Origin: Phoronis australis
Taxonomy: Eukaryota > Animalia > Phoronida
NCBI GenBank assembly: GCA_002633005.1
Contig: NMRA01000062.1
Span: 481,981-545,980, forward strand
Reading direction: 5' to 3'
DNA length: 64,000 nt
Shown piece by piece: positions 12,965 to 25,135 of this stretch. The notes under the pieces are model-generated. The model saw only the letters and a program-made list of their open reading frames with translations. It did not search any database and was not told the origin of the DNA. Made by a program: the position numbers and the translations under genes. The first letter of the stretch is position 1. Each line of letters opens with the position of its first letter.

Positions 12965-15900
12965 GGAAGACTGACTTTCGCATAGCCGAAAACCTATTAT
13001 TAGGCCCTTGGCAGATAAAAATTTGCACAAATTGCCGCAATCCTCAGTTAAATTCCGACAATTCGTAAATATCCTCGTAGCACAAGCTGTCGTTACATTT
13101 CGTTGCGACAGTGTTTAGGGTCGCCAACTGCACTGTACTGAAAAATATGCAGATACAAAACCTGGAGGCATTAATTAGAGTACCACCAAACACCATCCTT
13201 TTCAGCTAGTGCAGTTGTCTGCTCTGCTATATCACAAACGATATGGGCCTACGTGCTTTCGTACACAGACCCTCCAAGCACAATAAAGACATTGTACCTG
13301 ACAGAGGTCTCCCACTGATAGGGTAAGTCGTTCCGCCAACATCTTCAACGAACTTGTAGGAAAATGTGAATGTGCTTTGACCTACAATCTCGACGTCCCA
13401 TTGGTTGAAACTTCGTCCGCGAAAGATCAACCATTTCCCTCTCATTGGATGCTACAAAATTAGAACAACTCGGTTATTGGCCAAAACGATTAGATTGTAC
13501 ATGTTTCCAGTTTCAGCGAAGTCTGCAACAAAGGGGTCACTTGTCTACACGATTTGTAAACGATTGTTATTTCGGGTCATTTAGTTAGCTAGCACACGGT
13601 GTTGGTGAAATGATAATTCACGAAGTGCCCAGCAACAATATTACTACTCTATGTGGTGCGGCCACACGATTTCACTTGGTCACGTGACAAAAACTACAAG
13701 GCGTGTTTGGCCAGAAATCTCACCAGCCTCATCCCCAAGCCTCAAGATGGCGCTGATCGGTTTATCCATTTAGACTTTTCGAAGAGAAATTTTACTTGAC
13801 AGACGTATGACATGTTGTTACGGAAATCGCCGGAATATCACGAGTGATACTAAGTTGTATCTACTCTGCAATTTTTTGTAGTATATTGCAGAAAATCAAA
13901 ATGAGCGATAATTATGCAACGATTTATGATTAGATCATTGAAAATTGATGTAATCGAATTCAAAGGCAGGACAATTTCTATGGTGCTTCCACTAAAACGG
14001 GATTGGCAATCAGTGCGCAAGTACCTTTTTTTCTAACCAATAACAAAAGCAGAGTTTTCTGCTTCCAAATTACGAATGGTACCAACAACAACACTTGTGA
14101 AAATAGTTAAAATCTGCCTTTGGATCTGATTTAGTTTCAGGAAAAAATACTCAAATTTAAAATATGCGGACAAAAACCTTCAAGAACCGGTAATTAAGTA
14201 TTCAGAGACTCAAGTGTTTGAAGGCTTTTTGTGTCGCTCATGTCAGCGGTGAACTTTGTCTATGTCCAATCAGCGCACAGAAGGGACATCTCCTCACCAA
14301 GCCTCAAATTGTAAACTGATCAATCCCATCTTGAGGCCGGGAGACGAGGCTGCAATCTCACGAGCCAAATGACAAATAATCGGAAATGATCAATCAAAAA
14401 ACGACCAATCGAATTATCTTGTTGGAGCACATGTCTACATTTTCCGATTACTCGTGCAGAAGGTGTAAACAGTGGTCTTCACTAACTAAACAATGCGATA
14501 AGAACATTTAGGTAAATTATTCAGGATACTATTGCGGCTGATGTCTAAAACAATAGCCAATGTCGCCGTTTGCTATACAGCACTACAACGATTTGGGCCC
14601 GGTCTCCAATCTTTTTACTCGAAATGGAACTCGAAATTAGGTTTGGCATTTTCTACTCTACTTTTGGGCGAACTCAAGATAAGTGTCTAATATTCTATGC
14701 TCGAGTACACAATAACTTACGTAGATAATTTATTGCCCTTAGTTCACAGTTTGTAAACCCAATGTTAAAGCAATAAGTTCGAGTTTAAACTCGAAATTTC
14801 GAGTTTTTACTCGAGGTTGTAGCACGAATATAAAGGTCTTCAAGGGCAAACTTGAACTAGAAACTCCTATGCATAAACTATAATGTATTCGAGCACAGTC
14901 TGATAACCAATTATCTTAAGTTCGCACAAAAGGAGCAGAGAAATTGCGAAAAATAGTTTCGAGTTCGTTTTAAGTACAAAGATTAGAGACCGGGCCTTGA
15001 TCACGCGAAACACCTAAAACGAGAAGGTAATGAAATTACCGCCTATTTTTTGCATTTAGTTCGACGGCATAATCACTAAAAATGTTGCTGGTTGTAGTGA
15101 GGCTTACCTTAATTTGGACTCTCACGACGTTCCCACCAATAGCTGAAGAAGTTGCATTAGCGTTCGAAAATGTTTCCTTTGAACCTAAGATTAGAAAATT
15201 TTCAGACCTGACGATCAAAAGTGCTAATATGTTAAATTTGTTTGGTTGTACTCCTCGGTACAGGTTATGAGCTTATTTTGCTATTCATTTTGTTATTGCA
15301 CATGTACAGTTCAAAAAGAAGGCCACAAAAATTAAGGAAACAATAAAAAATGAAATGAATGTGTTCAGAATGTTAGAAAGGCGACGTTGAGATCTTTCAA
15401 CAATACTGCAGGATAACAGTATTCAAAGTAACGTATTACAACCGTGCGGCAATAGTAGCCTAATCGTATTTTGACGATCTATATTGCAACCAAAGGCCAA
15501 CACCATCTTGAACTGGATTAATATTGCCGTCCAGTTTTGTTTTAAATTATTCGTCTACAGGGGTTCAAACTGTTTCAGTGGAACCAACACACGAAAATAT
15601 ATAGGACCTGTGTCCAATTCAAGTTTTGTCACAGAACCGCTGGTTTAGCGCAACTATAGCAACCATATGTCCTAAAATTCAAAATCCAGCTTGAAAATCC
15701 GATAGTCGAATTCAGCCTACTTCACTTTTATTACAGAAGTTCTCAACTGTTGCTAAGATATGTTTTTAAGATGCACACAAATTTAGACTAAATAAAGATT
15801 TTAGTTAACACAAACCGTCAGGCCTCTGTAGCTCAATCTGCGGGTTAGCACGCTGGCCCGCCCCGGTCAGAGTAAACTCTCGGATCTGGTCGTCAACATA

Positions 15901-18900
15901 CAGCGGGAAACTCGTTATTGTTCCGAACGGTTTCCATACGAATTTTTTCATTAGAACAGGCGAAGCTTTTCCAACGTCCTGTTTCATAAGAAGAATTGAA
16001 CGAATCAAAATACATGTAACAGTAAACTAGGGTGAAGCGCCTAAACAAGTCACAGTTACAAATGAAATACACTGGCATGAAAATGAAGTATGACGATACA
16101 AGGGACATAAACGGCAAGTCTCGTATGTCGATTTCATGATGTCGGGGGACCCGTCAAATTTAGGTGCTAGATGGCTGGTAGAAATCAGTTGATCCCGCGA
16201 GTGGTGGCTCTTGTGCACCTGGTTCGGTATTTCAAAGTTATCGAACAAGTGTGCCATGTTCTATGTTAAAGAGGGTATAAAAGTGAATTTCGTCTAGGAA
16301 GGGGACGTTTGGGTTTGACCACTTGCCGCTAAGATATCGGTCTCAACTTGGTTTTCACTCAGATGAGGAGTGATCCCCGGGCGGGCAAGGAACGGGCAGG
16401 TTATACGTTATCCATTGAGACCATGTACGCCTGTACGGCACATAAAATGACACGCTGTTACAAGCTACGGTGTAACGCCTTGTCTCAAGCAATAACAAAC
16501 TGACAATTCTTTCGAAACCTTCAAACAATCTCCAGTTTGGATAGGGAACAATTTGAAATCAGTTTCACAACGCTAAAGGGTCTAAATCAAAACTTGCGGT
16601 TTCCCGCGGTCATAGAATAAAATGTCGTGTCTACAGGCTGAAGTATGAGTTTGTAGTTGTCTTGTGAATTAAGAATAGCGACAAGAAGGACCAATGGGTA
16701 ATCTTTGTACTCGAAATTAACTCCGAAATTGTTTTCAACGTTTCAGCTCTAATATCAAGTCAAGATAGATGCCTCTTTGTCAATGCTCTAGTATGTTACA
16801 ATCAATTTATGTTGATGAGCATCTAACACAATTTCGCATTTGATGACCCTTAAATTTGTGAAAAAAACTCGAGTAAAAACTCGAGATTTTGAGTTGGTAC
16901 TCCAACGTATGGCGTCGGTTATACTGGGGTTACTAAGTGCAAACTGGAACTAGACAGTCTTCATTTAAACCACGGGGAACTCGAATACAAAATTATATTG
17001 AGTAGGCGGCTTAAGTGCAATGGGAATTGCAAAAAATAATTTCGATTTCAATTCCTAATACAAAGAAAATATCATGTCAAAATTGTCATAAAAAATGCAA
17101 AATAGTCGGCAAATGTTGCGAATGGATCCAATTCAGATGAATACCACACTTAATAAACTTTGCTTTGTTGGGCATCTGAATTACCATAAGTAGGAGACTG
17201 ATATACAACATTTAGGTCGAATGGAGTCTCACGGGCTTATCTGGGTATCCTGTGGAAGTAAATACTTATTTACATGCAAGTCACGTGACTAATATGGCTG
17301 CATTCACCACAAAAGGGCTCGCTGGTGCCCTGCGTATCCACTAGGGGGAAAGAAACACGTATCATCCAGCTCTCTGGTTCCCTGCGTGTAGAGATCACAC
17401 GCAGGTATCATTCAGTAGCTTGTGCTTTATCAATCGGTGTGTTGTTCATGCTGTATGAATACAGGACAACAACGTTAACAAAAGTTAGCGACAGTAGAAA
17501 AAAGCACTCCGAAATGACAAAAAACAAAATTTTCTGGGATTCACATTTCTTGAACATGAATTAAGCACCGATTTGTCTGTACAACAGACCACACTTACGC
17601 TTCCTCCATCAGTCATGCACGTTTGTTTGCGTAAAGCGCTACCTGTTGAGAATTCGACCAGCCAATCAGAAACGCCGGTTTAAAAATTTTTCTGAGGAAA
17701 ATTAAATGATACCCGCGTGTGTTCTCTACCACCTAGGGAAACGCAGGAACCAGCGAGATCATTCAGCAGCACGCTTTTTATCAATTGTTGATTCAACCTG
17801 AGCAGTCATTGGTTTGCTTTACAACAAAAGAGGAAATGTCGGACAGTGACTGATTTTTAGCCTTGTCAACATCTTTGCGAACCAAGTTTTCTCTCTGGAG
17901 TGTCAAAAAAGTAGGGAAGGCCAAGAACAGTTATCTGCGACCTGGGCAGTTTATAAAGTTCGCATCGGTAGCCGAAAAAGCACAACCTCAACTTTCCCAT
18001 TCACATTTTGTGAACATATCCCAATTAAGTACCGATTTGTATGAACAACAGGCCACAAACTATATCATTCCACATTTACACTTTCTCCATCAGTCATGCC
18101 GCTTTGTTTACGTATAGACGGCTACCTGTTGACAATTCAACCACCCAATCTGAAACGCCGAGGAAAGTTAAATGATAGCTGTATGTCCTCTCCCCTAGCG
18201 GACACGCAGAGAACTGCATGAGTACAGTTCCAGGAATCAGTTTTGCGTTATATCCAGGTTCTCACTCCTTTCATTTTATACGTTCACTAGTAAAACCGAG
18301 CTCAGAGGACTAGGAGACACTTTTAGCAATGCTCGATTGTCTGCCAGTAAAGTCAGGATTCGAACCCGGGTCTCCCAAACGGGATTCCGGAGCTCAAACC
18401 ATTGGGCCGAACTGTCAGCTTATAAGACATGGCCTGAAAGGAATGGTTGAGATAACTGTGCGAGATATTCACGTGTTATTTATCAACTTCCCATTACCTC
18501 CCGTTGATATCCTACCTCAATCACTTTCACCAAGTCTTTGATCTTGTTTTTCTGAGTCTCACGCACGGACCCCCCGGATTGTTTGGCCAATAACTTGTAC
18601 AAATCCAGAGACCTCTTGGACCTTGCACCTGCGAGAAAAGACAGACACTGACCTTTGAATCGACCCACAATCTTTTTACCTCCAACGTGCGCAATGTGGA
18701 AATAATACAATAACAAGTGAATATTGCATATCATGTAATTTCGTTTTTTGGATAAATTTTCGTGCGTCCATACTAGTTTATCGCCACAAACATAAAACGA
18801 AGCGTTGTTATCTCACAGGCCATACAGTTGGCATTCACTGTGGGTAAAGTATACCCTAATAAAATAACTTGCGATTTGTTTCTTCTTCAGTTCAAATGAC

Positions 18901-21900
18901 TCACTTTTGAAAGTATTTTTTGTCTTTTGCTTGTTTTTCTGTGAAAAGCTAAATAGATTAAGCGACTTACGTCTTTATCCGTCGAAACGATAGATGTTGA
19001 AGCTTTAAAATTGAAAAACAATAAGAATCAAAAGACATCCCTTGGGCGGTTCCAGGATTTTGAGTTAGGGAGGGCCAGGGCAGAGTATTAGCCAGGATTT
19101 TATCTGTCAGACATTCGCAACCCGAACTGCCAAATAGAATCAGGGAGAATTTTATAGTGGGCCATGACTCCTTATCCACCCTAAATCCGCATCTGCACCC
19201 ATCGATGTTGATCTATGCGTTCTACAAGACGTGCACATATACAAGGGGTAACCTCTTATTCTAAAAGTAAAAATTGGGCGCATGCGCAAATAATTGTGTG
19301 TGTGTGTGTGTGCGCGCGCGTGCGTGCGTACATCTAAGACCTGAAAAAGGTATTGAAAAAACAAGCCCATTGGCCGAAAGAAGCGCATTTACGGTATGTA
19401 TTGCAAGCCCAGCTGAAACCAATGCGTGGAGTGGAGTTTAAGTCTTAATGTTTACCACGGACTCTTCGTAAACAGGTCTTCAACGAAATTTGTTTTGTTG
19501 TTTCTACCCTGGGCTGTAGGTCTACTCGAGTTACGGAAGCCATTTCCATGTCAGTTAAGAAATGACTTCTAATCTCGAGGAGAGCTGACACGTCGTTATG
19601 CTTCTGATTGGACTAACTGAGTTCCTTCTTACGACGGCCTAATTTCAAATAAACACGCATTGCCATGGATGCCAGAGTAACTGTGTTTAACAGAATCGCA
19701 GACATAGTCGTTAATAGTAGTAGAAAAACAACAGGATATGTTACGGGAAAACGAAGGAGAATCTAACGCCAATTTCAAAATGATGATAATGCACGTTAAA
19801 CCAAAGTAAACCGGACACCCTTTTAAGAAAATAATTACATGCAAAGCAGCTGATAATGGTAAAATGGTACACTCTAGGTCATAACTGTCAAAACGTAAAT
19901 TCTTTTAATAATCAGGAACACCGGCTAATGGGTAAAAAGTTATGAAACACTTATACGAAATCTATTAATAATGTTAAACAAGGCATTGTGAACTGAATAT
20001 TTTGCAAAACATTGAATACAATGAGGAACGTGTAAAAGAAAGCCCCTGAACATGTATGTATAAAGACAAATGGTCTTTGCAGACGAAAGAAGTCTGAGCG
20101 AGACTACACGTGAAAACTGTCCGACTTGAGTGAGAAAGCAAAGAAGTCCGAGTTGAACGTGATTGGATCGGAGAAGAGTTTCAGTTCCGGGTTGTAGGAT
20201 TTTTGAAGACAAATCGTGAACTATTACAGTTTGGTTGGTTTGCTACAAAATATTAATCATACTTTTCCGTCATTAGGTTGATATCTACGTGGTGTTCGAC
20301 AAGGAAACTCGTTGCGTAGAGATAAGCTCTCTCGTGTTCAAACAGTGTATGAAGATGTCAAGTAGTGTCGTCGCAATAGCTCAACTATATTATTTGACAG
20401 TTTTAAGTTGTCAAGGAAGTCTGCCACGAACATATGGAAGACATACGCTAATTTCTCAGCTCTTCATTTCGTTTTCCAACAAAGCAAAGTAACAATCGGG
20501 CAAAAATGATAAAAATAGTTCTCTTTATAAATTTATGTCGTTTTTCAAATAAAAATTGCAATGATATAGGTCTAAACTTTTGGCGAAGTTCATAGAGATG
20601 AAACTCTTGGTACTTTGGTCAAGGCAAAAGAACGCTTTTTTAAAAGTTTCAGACAAGCCATCTTATAATTTTTTCCAAGTTCCATGTGCTGGATGGGTCA
20701 AAATGACAAATCTCGGGTAAAACTGTTAATCTCCAATCAATATCTAAACAGGATAACCAATGCTCTTTAATCTCTGTATTCATTCCATCTGTCCTGGATT
20801 TGGGGTTATGTACATGTAGGACCTTATCGGCATGTGTGTGTATGTAACCATCTACACAAACAGAGATTTTAAATCAGTAAAATATACATTTTCTGAAAAT
20901 AGAAAACATGTAGAATTTGACATTTGACAATGTTTCTTAATTTGCCTGATGTAATACCTTCGATTTCGTAATTGTATCACCTTTTGTATTGTTTTTAAGG
21001 TAATGCACATTTTAATATTTTCTTCATATAGGAAACATTTTTCCAGTGAACGAAGATATCAAGAAGACAAGAAATCATCTATGAAAACCGGCTTATTTTA
21101 TAAAAAATCATATGACAGTTTCATGTCCTTTTAAATAGTGCTAGCTATACGAAGCTTTCCGAAGCCGACAACGAATACGAAGAAGCGTGTAATTGTTTAC
21201 AAAAAATTAAAAATAACACGGTCCTTGGCTCAGATGATTTTACAGTTGAATTTTTGAAATATTTTGGGTCAGTGGTGTAAATTTTGTACCACGTTCTTTT
21301 TCATATCAGACAATTATCTGCCGTTGAAAAATAAGAAATAATTTGTAGCATACCAAAAGACATGAAAGCAAATATTATATAAAGAACTGGCGCCTTCTAT
21401 CTCTATTTAATGTCAGTTCTAATTTAGCTTCAGGTGCATTTGATAAACTTATCAAAGCGGTCATCTATGAGAATCAAACGGACTTTACCTTGGGAAGATA
21501 CACCTTTAAAAATACATGGAAAGCAGTGTGAACTGATAGGGCTACCCTCATTGTAAATATTACATTAATGAAATAAATATCAACAACAATAATAAATTTA
21601 TTATGCTGAGAAAGTTGACAAGCGCAGAGTGTTCTTACTGATTGATTTTGAAAAAGCCTTTGACTCCTTAGCATGGGATCGTACTGATTTTTGGTTCCAT
21701 TAATCACTGGATGACTGTATTTTCAGAAACATTAACTGTGCTTTAGTCATTGGCCAAACATCACCCTGGTTTGACATTCGACGTCCAGTTAGACAAGGTA
21801 ACACTTTCTCTGCCTAGTTATCTTTATTTGTGCTGAGATAATGATATTGGTACGTATTTTAACTTTTGTGATACTTTCAAATTAAACGTTATTTAAATAC

Positions 21901-24410
21901 ATTGTCGGTGCTTCAAAATACTCCTATCTGCGACATTCGGTATAACGACGACTTGGAGGCTTGTGAAAAGTATATATTATAGAAACTGACTTGAAAATTA
22001 GGTTGTATTGATTAAAGATTTGTATTCATAAGGTGTCAGTATAAAACAGCGTGATCACATTGTAAACAATTTTATCGTGAACACGAACTATCTAGAGAAC
22101 AAGAGCATGTGTTATGTAACTAACAACTATCAGACTAAATGATCTCCAAATGTCAAAATATTGATGTGTACTTGCCAGTATTCGTCACTTCGTAAGGTTA
22201 ACTTCGGGGTATTGGGGGAGAACATTGGCATTTTTGTGAACTTCTCAAATTTTCAGCAACACTCAAAAACGGAGTTTAAATGCCTATCTGCATTGGAATG
22301 GGAAAATTTTTAACTGGAGAAGAGAGTGTACGATCTTATTCGATTACAAAAGATAAGAAAACTAGATGACTGCAGTTTTTGCATTCCCATATGTAAACTT
22401 GGAACATTTTAAGCCCAATTCGTAAATCTCTGTGGAGAAAATTGCACAAGCAACAGTACCTGCAAATTGTACTCGATGAGACATTTCTGAGATGTGATGT
22501 TTCGAAGTTTGCCAAAATTGGAAATTTCCTAGGATCCTCCGTAGTCTTAAATGTATACAAATAAGTTTACTGGAGACGTATAAAATGGAACTGCAGAGGA
22601 TGAATAATCACTCTTGGAAATTTTAAAGAATCTCGTATTTTATTGCATAACGAAAACTACTAATTAAACGGATTAGCTAAAACGAAGGAATTACCGTAAT
22701 ACATTTTTAAATAAATGGAGTGTTGTACTTATCAAAGAGTAGATCAGTTATTCATTTCACCAGGGAGCCATCTTGGATTACAAGCAGTACTGCACGGCCC
22801 CAAGGTTTGTTCAGGACACACCTGTTGTAACTTAAGAATTGTGTGTGATTTGTGCCGAGAGGAGTGACACAAATTGTCACAATTTCGAAGTTGGGACATA
22901 TGAACGGTTGTCGCAATTTAGCAGACATGAAACAAATGTGCTATGTCCTGTATTTTTCTTAACGTGAACTAATACTGCAGTGTGATTAGATTGTAAAAAT
23001 TGAACACTTTAGCAGAACACTTACATCTATATGTGTTAAAGTGACACCGTAAATACGGGATTGAAATGTTTTACTTTCAAATGCGGAAACATTGACGTCT
23101 GCGTATTGTGCATCTGCACTAATTACTTTCCATAAAAACTGTAGAGCAATGATGAAGGAGTTAATTGTTTCTAAGCACTTTCGGAATTTTTCATTAAACT
23201 TCAAAGGGAAAATTAAAATTGTGAGCTTAATAATCAGGGAGATGCACATTCTTTTTGTAACGTCATTAAGAACCATAAGACCATGGTTTCAATTTTTAAT
23301 GCTAAAGTGAATTTTATCGACTCAGTCACAGATAATTAACTTTAAGAAAAAAACTGAAGTGCGCTTTCTCCAGCATTATTAGTCTATTAATTGATACATC
23401 AAAACATTTAATACGACCCTCTTCTCTTAAACAGTAAATTTGGCAAATTTACCAAATAGAGCCTCCTGAGTGACATTTTTATAGCTGACGTAGCAATTTT
23501 ATCACATTTGGTAAGAAAATTTGGGTAATGTTTTTTTTTTGAATTTGCGAGGCTCTGAAGGTGCGTATGAATTAACATGTACTATGCCTTTTAAGTTATG
23601 AAGTGTATTCGTCTTGAATAAATACACTATAGTTCTCAGCAAGCAGTGATTTAAGTATTAGTAAAACAAAATTATACAAGAATGGAAATATTTGAAATAT
23701 AAACGAACGCTTCCCTAACAAGCGACACCGTTGACAGAATTTAACTAGTGATTAAATGAATATTACATTTTGTATTGTGGAGTAATTTGGTATTATTTGC
23801 AGCTCATTGAATGAAAATAATCCGAAGAAATTTGAAGAAATTGTGTTCATTGTGAACTTGCCACCTTGCGTTAATTTCACATCGCCAGAATATAAAACCA
23901 CGATTCTCCTAAGAATCCTCCTCATTGGCTAGTCTACAATGCGCGCCATGCGGATGGACTGTGGTCATGGTCGCTTTCTCACCACTCTTTGTTAGCGCCA
24001 GTGACATTTGTCGACTGACGACCACTTAGGAAGGGAATTCCAAATTTTTAGGGTTTGCGACGGTTGCATAGTTTGTTTTCCGTTTGCTAACGTACACTAC
24101 GTGATGGCAAAACAGGAATATTTAATTAAAGGACAAAAATGCACGGTTTACGTAATATTCAAAAAAATGTTAAGGTTACATAGCGTTCATATGCCTTATT
24201 AAGTGCTCCGAATTCGTGAAAATAAAACAGATGATATCATGGCATAAACATATAACAGGAAAGGTACACACCATGTTTGTTGAGAGGTCGATAACCATTT
24301 ATGCCTTGATTAACGGAGCTGGCATGGTATTCGTCCTCCGACGCTTTCAAGTACCCGACAGCGCAGAACAAGACGTTCATGGATATCAACACGCACACAT
24401 TAAAATTCAT
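251..24410 (-). CDS. VWA7/hemicentin-N-terminus-like type I membrane protein, 12 exons: join(24272-24410,18516-18628,15816-15978,15108-15184,13298-13451,11794-11969,10481-10592,7639-7837,5364-5454,3919-4157,2772-3003,251-496), ~646 aa
   Basis: All introns are GT..AG with matching phases (1,0,1,0,1,0,1,2,0,2,0), totalling 1941 nt. Motifs typical of the VWA7 family: RSKRSLDLYKLLAKQSGG, FPLYVDDQIREFT, GQSTFTFSYKFVE..GRPLSG, FQVGITGTDKSGNVFER, DTVPPTC, STCC..V.VADMAGNLGQC. These are followed by a Thr/Ser-rich stalk, a TM helix and a ~35-aa tail. Confidence 0.85.
2772..3003 (-). CDS. VWA7-like exon 11 (SSTCCEPFVKVNVADMAGNLGQC plus Thr-rich stalk)
   Basis: atccag acceptor; SCC..V...D.AGN.G.C motif; 3' donor (GAG|gtcaat) is weak, so that boundary is less certain. 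Confidence 0.8.
3919..4157 (-). CDS. VWA7-like exon 10 (KVDTVPPTCNV..CCCQNFVWSMEMQVRDDGFGL..)
   Basis: ttgtag acceptor, GTAGGT donor; D.TPP.C / W / D..GL pattern of the VWA7 C-terminal Cys-rich domain. Confidence 0.88.
4408..4950 (+). mobile_element. MITE family 1 (TIR CTCGCTGGTTCCCTGCGTG), copy 1
   Basis: TIRs, internal similarity to the other five copies, flanks acatcccaca/acatccaaca (10 bp, 1 mismatch). Confidence 0.85.
5364..5454 (-). CDS. VWA7-like exon 9 (STITVTAKEAGGGKGSQYQIRRLTVNQKIVR)
   Basis: gtttcag acceptor; two in-frame donors (GTGAGA after 5370, GTGAGT after 5364). Confidence 0.82.
7639..7837 (-). CDS. VWA7-like exon 8 (ELYVNEYVLVPYILTNLGG..SDDKGFV..GTFTIRAGTTKGET)
   Basis: tttttcag acceptor, GTTTGG donor, phase 1 to 2; Ig-like beta-sandwich pattern. 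Confidence 0.85.
8126..8699 (+). mobile_element. MITE family 1, copy 2
   Basis: TIRs; TSD tggtcgcgc/tggtagcgc (9 bp). Confidence 0.85.
10481..10592 (-). CDS. VWA7-like exon 7 (EFQVGITGTDKSGNVFERLSSSYEQAIAFKLQVLPIA)
   Basis: ttcacag acceptor, GTGAGA donor; absent from the ORF track, found by manual translation. Confidence 0.88.
11794..11969 (-). CDS. VWA7-like exon 6 (GVNSTLIVDVTG...LFRAELRLPTQ)
   Basis: cccctag acceptor, GTAGTT donor, phase 1 to 0. Confidence 0.85.
12902..12962 (+). repeat. (AC)n microsatellite, ~30 units
   Basis: Direct reading. Confidence 0.98.
13298..13451 (-). CDS. VWA7-like exon 5 (HPMRGKW...GQSTFTFSYKFVE...GRPLS)
   Basis: ttttgtag acceptor, GTACAA donor, conserved G.W and GRP motifs. 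Confidence 0.88.
13724..14352. mobile_element. MITE with CAG..CTG termini and 9-bp TSD
   Basis: TIR cagcctcatccccaagcctcaagatgg / ccatcttgaggccgggagacgaggctg; TSD aaatctcac/caatctcac. Confidence 0.8.
14596..14996. mobile_element. Harbinger/Tourist-like foldback MITE (related decayed copy ~16700-17070)
   Basis: Long TIR ggcccggtctccaatcttt.. / ..aaagattagagaccgggcc; 3-bp TSD TTG. Confidence 0.75.
15108..15184 (-). CDS. VWA7-like exon 4 (GSKETFSNANATSSAIGGNVVRVQIK)
   Basis: tcttag acceptor, GTAAGC donor, phase 1 to 0. Confidence 0.8.
15816..15978 (-). CDS. VWA7-like exon 3 (DVGKASPV...FPLYVDDQIREFTLTGAG...ELQRPD)
   Basis: aaacag acceptor, GTTTGT donor, phase 0 to 1. Confidence 0.85.
17318..18222 (+). 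mobile_element. MITE family 1, nested pair (inner copy 17370-17757 inside an older copy)
   Basis: Inner copy flanked by atcatccag/atcattcag; the outer copy's sequence resumes after it. Confidence 0.75.
18250..18410 (-). mobile_element. tRNA-derived SINE
   Basis: B box GGTTCGAATCC on the minus strand; body related to 24985-25135. Confidence 0.6.
18516..18628 (-). CDS. VWA7-like exon 2 (GARSKRSLDLYKLLAKQSGGSVRETQKNKIKDLVKVIE; C-terminal end of VWA domain)
   Basis: ttttctcgcag acceptor, GTAGGA donor; Y..LA..SGG motif of VWA7/hemicentin. Confidence 0.85.
20900..22750 (+). mobile_element. Degenerate L1/Tx1-type LINE RT fragment in intron 1 of the VWA7-like gene
   Basis: Remnants GSDDFTVEFLKYF, IPKD..YIKNWRLLSL, DFEKAFDSLAW, RPVRQG; many stops and frameshifts. 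Confidence 0.75.
24272..24410 (-). CDS. VWA7-like gene exon 1 (signal peptide; MNFNVCVLISMNVLFCAVGYLKASEDEYHASSVNQGINGYRPLNKH)
   Basis: caaaaATG start, hydrophobic N-terminus, phase-1 GT donor compatible with the phase-1 acceptor at 18628. The donor (gtgtgt) is weak. Confidence 0.65.
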
Positions 24411-24984
24411 TTTTGTAAGTTCCTCCTCAATTCAAAAACTCTTGAAAGTCGCATCTCTGCTGCACAGTCACGTCGGCCTGGAGACATTCATTCTCATGCA
24501 GTCTGGTTACAAAATGCTGTGCCCTGTCGCATTAAACAAAACGACTTTTAACCCCGAATAGATAATAAGTTTAAAACGTCAAAGTACTTGGTTCCACTGT
24601 AACAATACGGCATCGCCGTGTATCTAGGATATGCAGCGCTATACACCAACTCCGATCTCAAGTGACAAGAACTATCAACGTTTTGGGCTATTTATCTTAT
24701 TTGTTGCTTATCCGATGAGCCTCCGTCCCAAGTATGTGTAAATGGGTTGGTCGTCTTATCTGGAGTTAGTGAGAGCGACGTAAGAGCTCAGGTATGGTGA
24801 CTTGAATAGATCGTCACGTCGTTTATTTGCAATCCAAATCATGGTTCTACCTGATCCGTTTAATTTTCTTGCTTGCATATCCAGAATATCCGCTTTATTT
24901 ATAAGAATAATAATTGCAGGTGGTCTGGTACACGTTGCACAGGACATGCGCAAGCCACTCAGGTGGGTCCATTCCACTGATCAC

Positions 24985-25135
24985 CTGGGACCATTTTTAT
25001 GCTTTATCAGCATACAGTTAAAACCGAGCTGAGGAGCTAGAGACTTGACTCAAGGGTCTAGCAGTTCTGCCACAAAGGGATTCGAACCCCCGACCTAGGG
25101 TAAAGAAAGCGGAAACTTATCCCACTAGGCTACAA
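24985..25135 (-). mobile_element. tRNA-derived SINE
   Basis: Minus strand has A box TAGCCTAGTGG and B box GGTTCGAATCC; body (taaaaccgagct..gga..tag) shared with 18250-18410; no complete cloverleaf. Confidence 0.65.

Noticed and set aside
12771-13068. CVCVCV / HTHTHT ORFs
   Set aside because: Translations of the (AC)n microsatellite
18967-19195. ORF ..IKFSLILFGSSGC.. as a missing VWA exon
   Set aside because: It is the reverse complement of the interspersed repeat at 51484-51634, so not a gene-specific exon
19940-20242. Possible extra exon of the VWA7-like gene after a ttttgtag acceptor
   Set aside because: The required phase-1 frame hits TGA after ~20 codons and no VWA motifs are present
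18350-25135. tRNA genes at the two GGTTCGAATCC boxes
   Set aside because: No complete cloverleaf; shared non-tRNA body indicates SINEs
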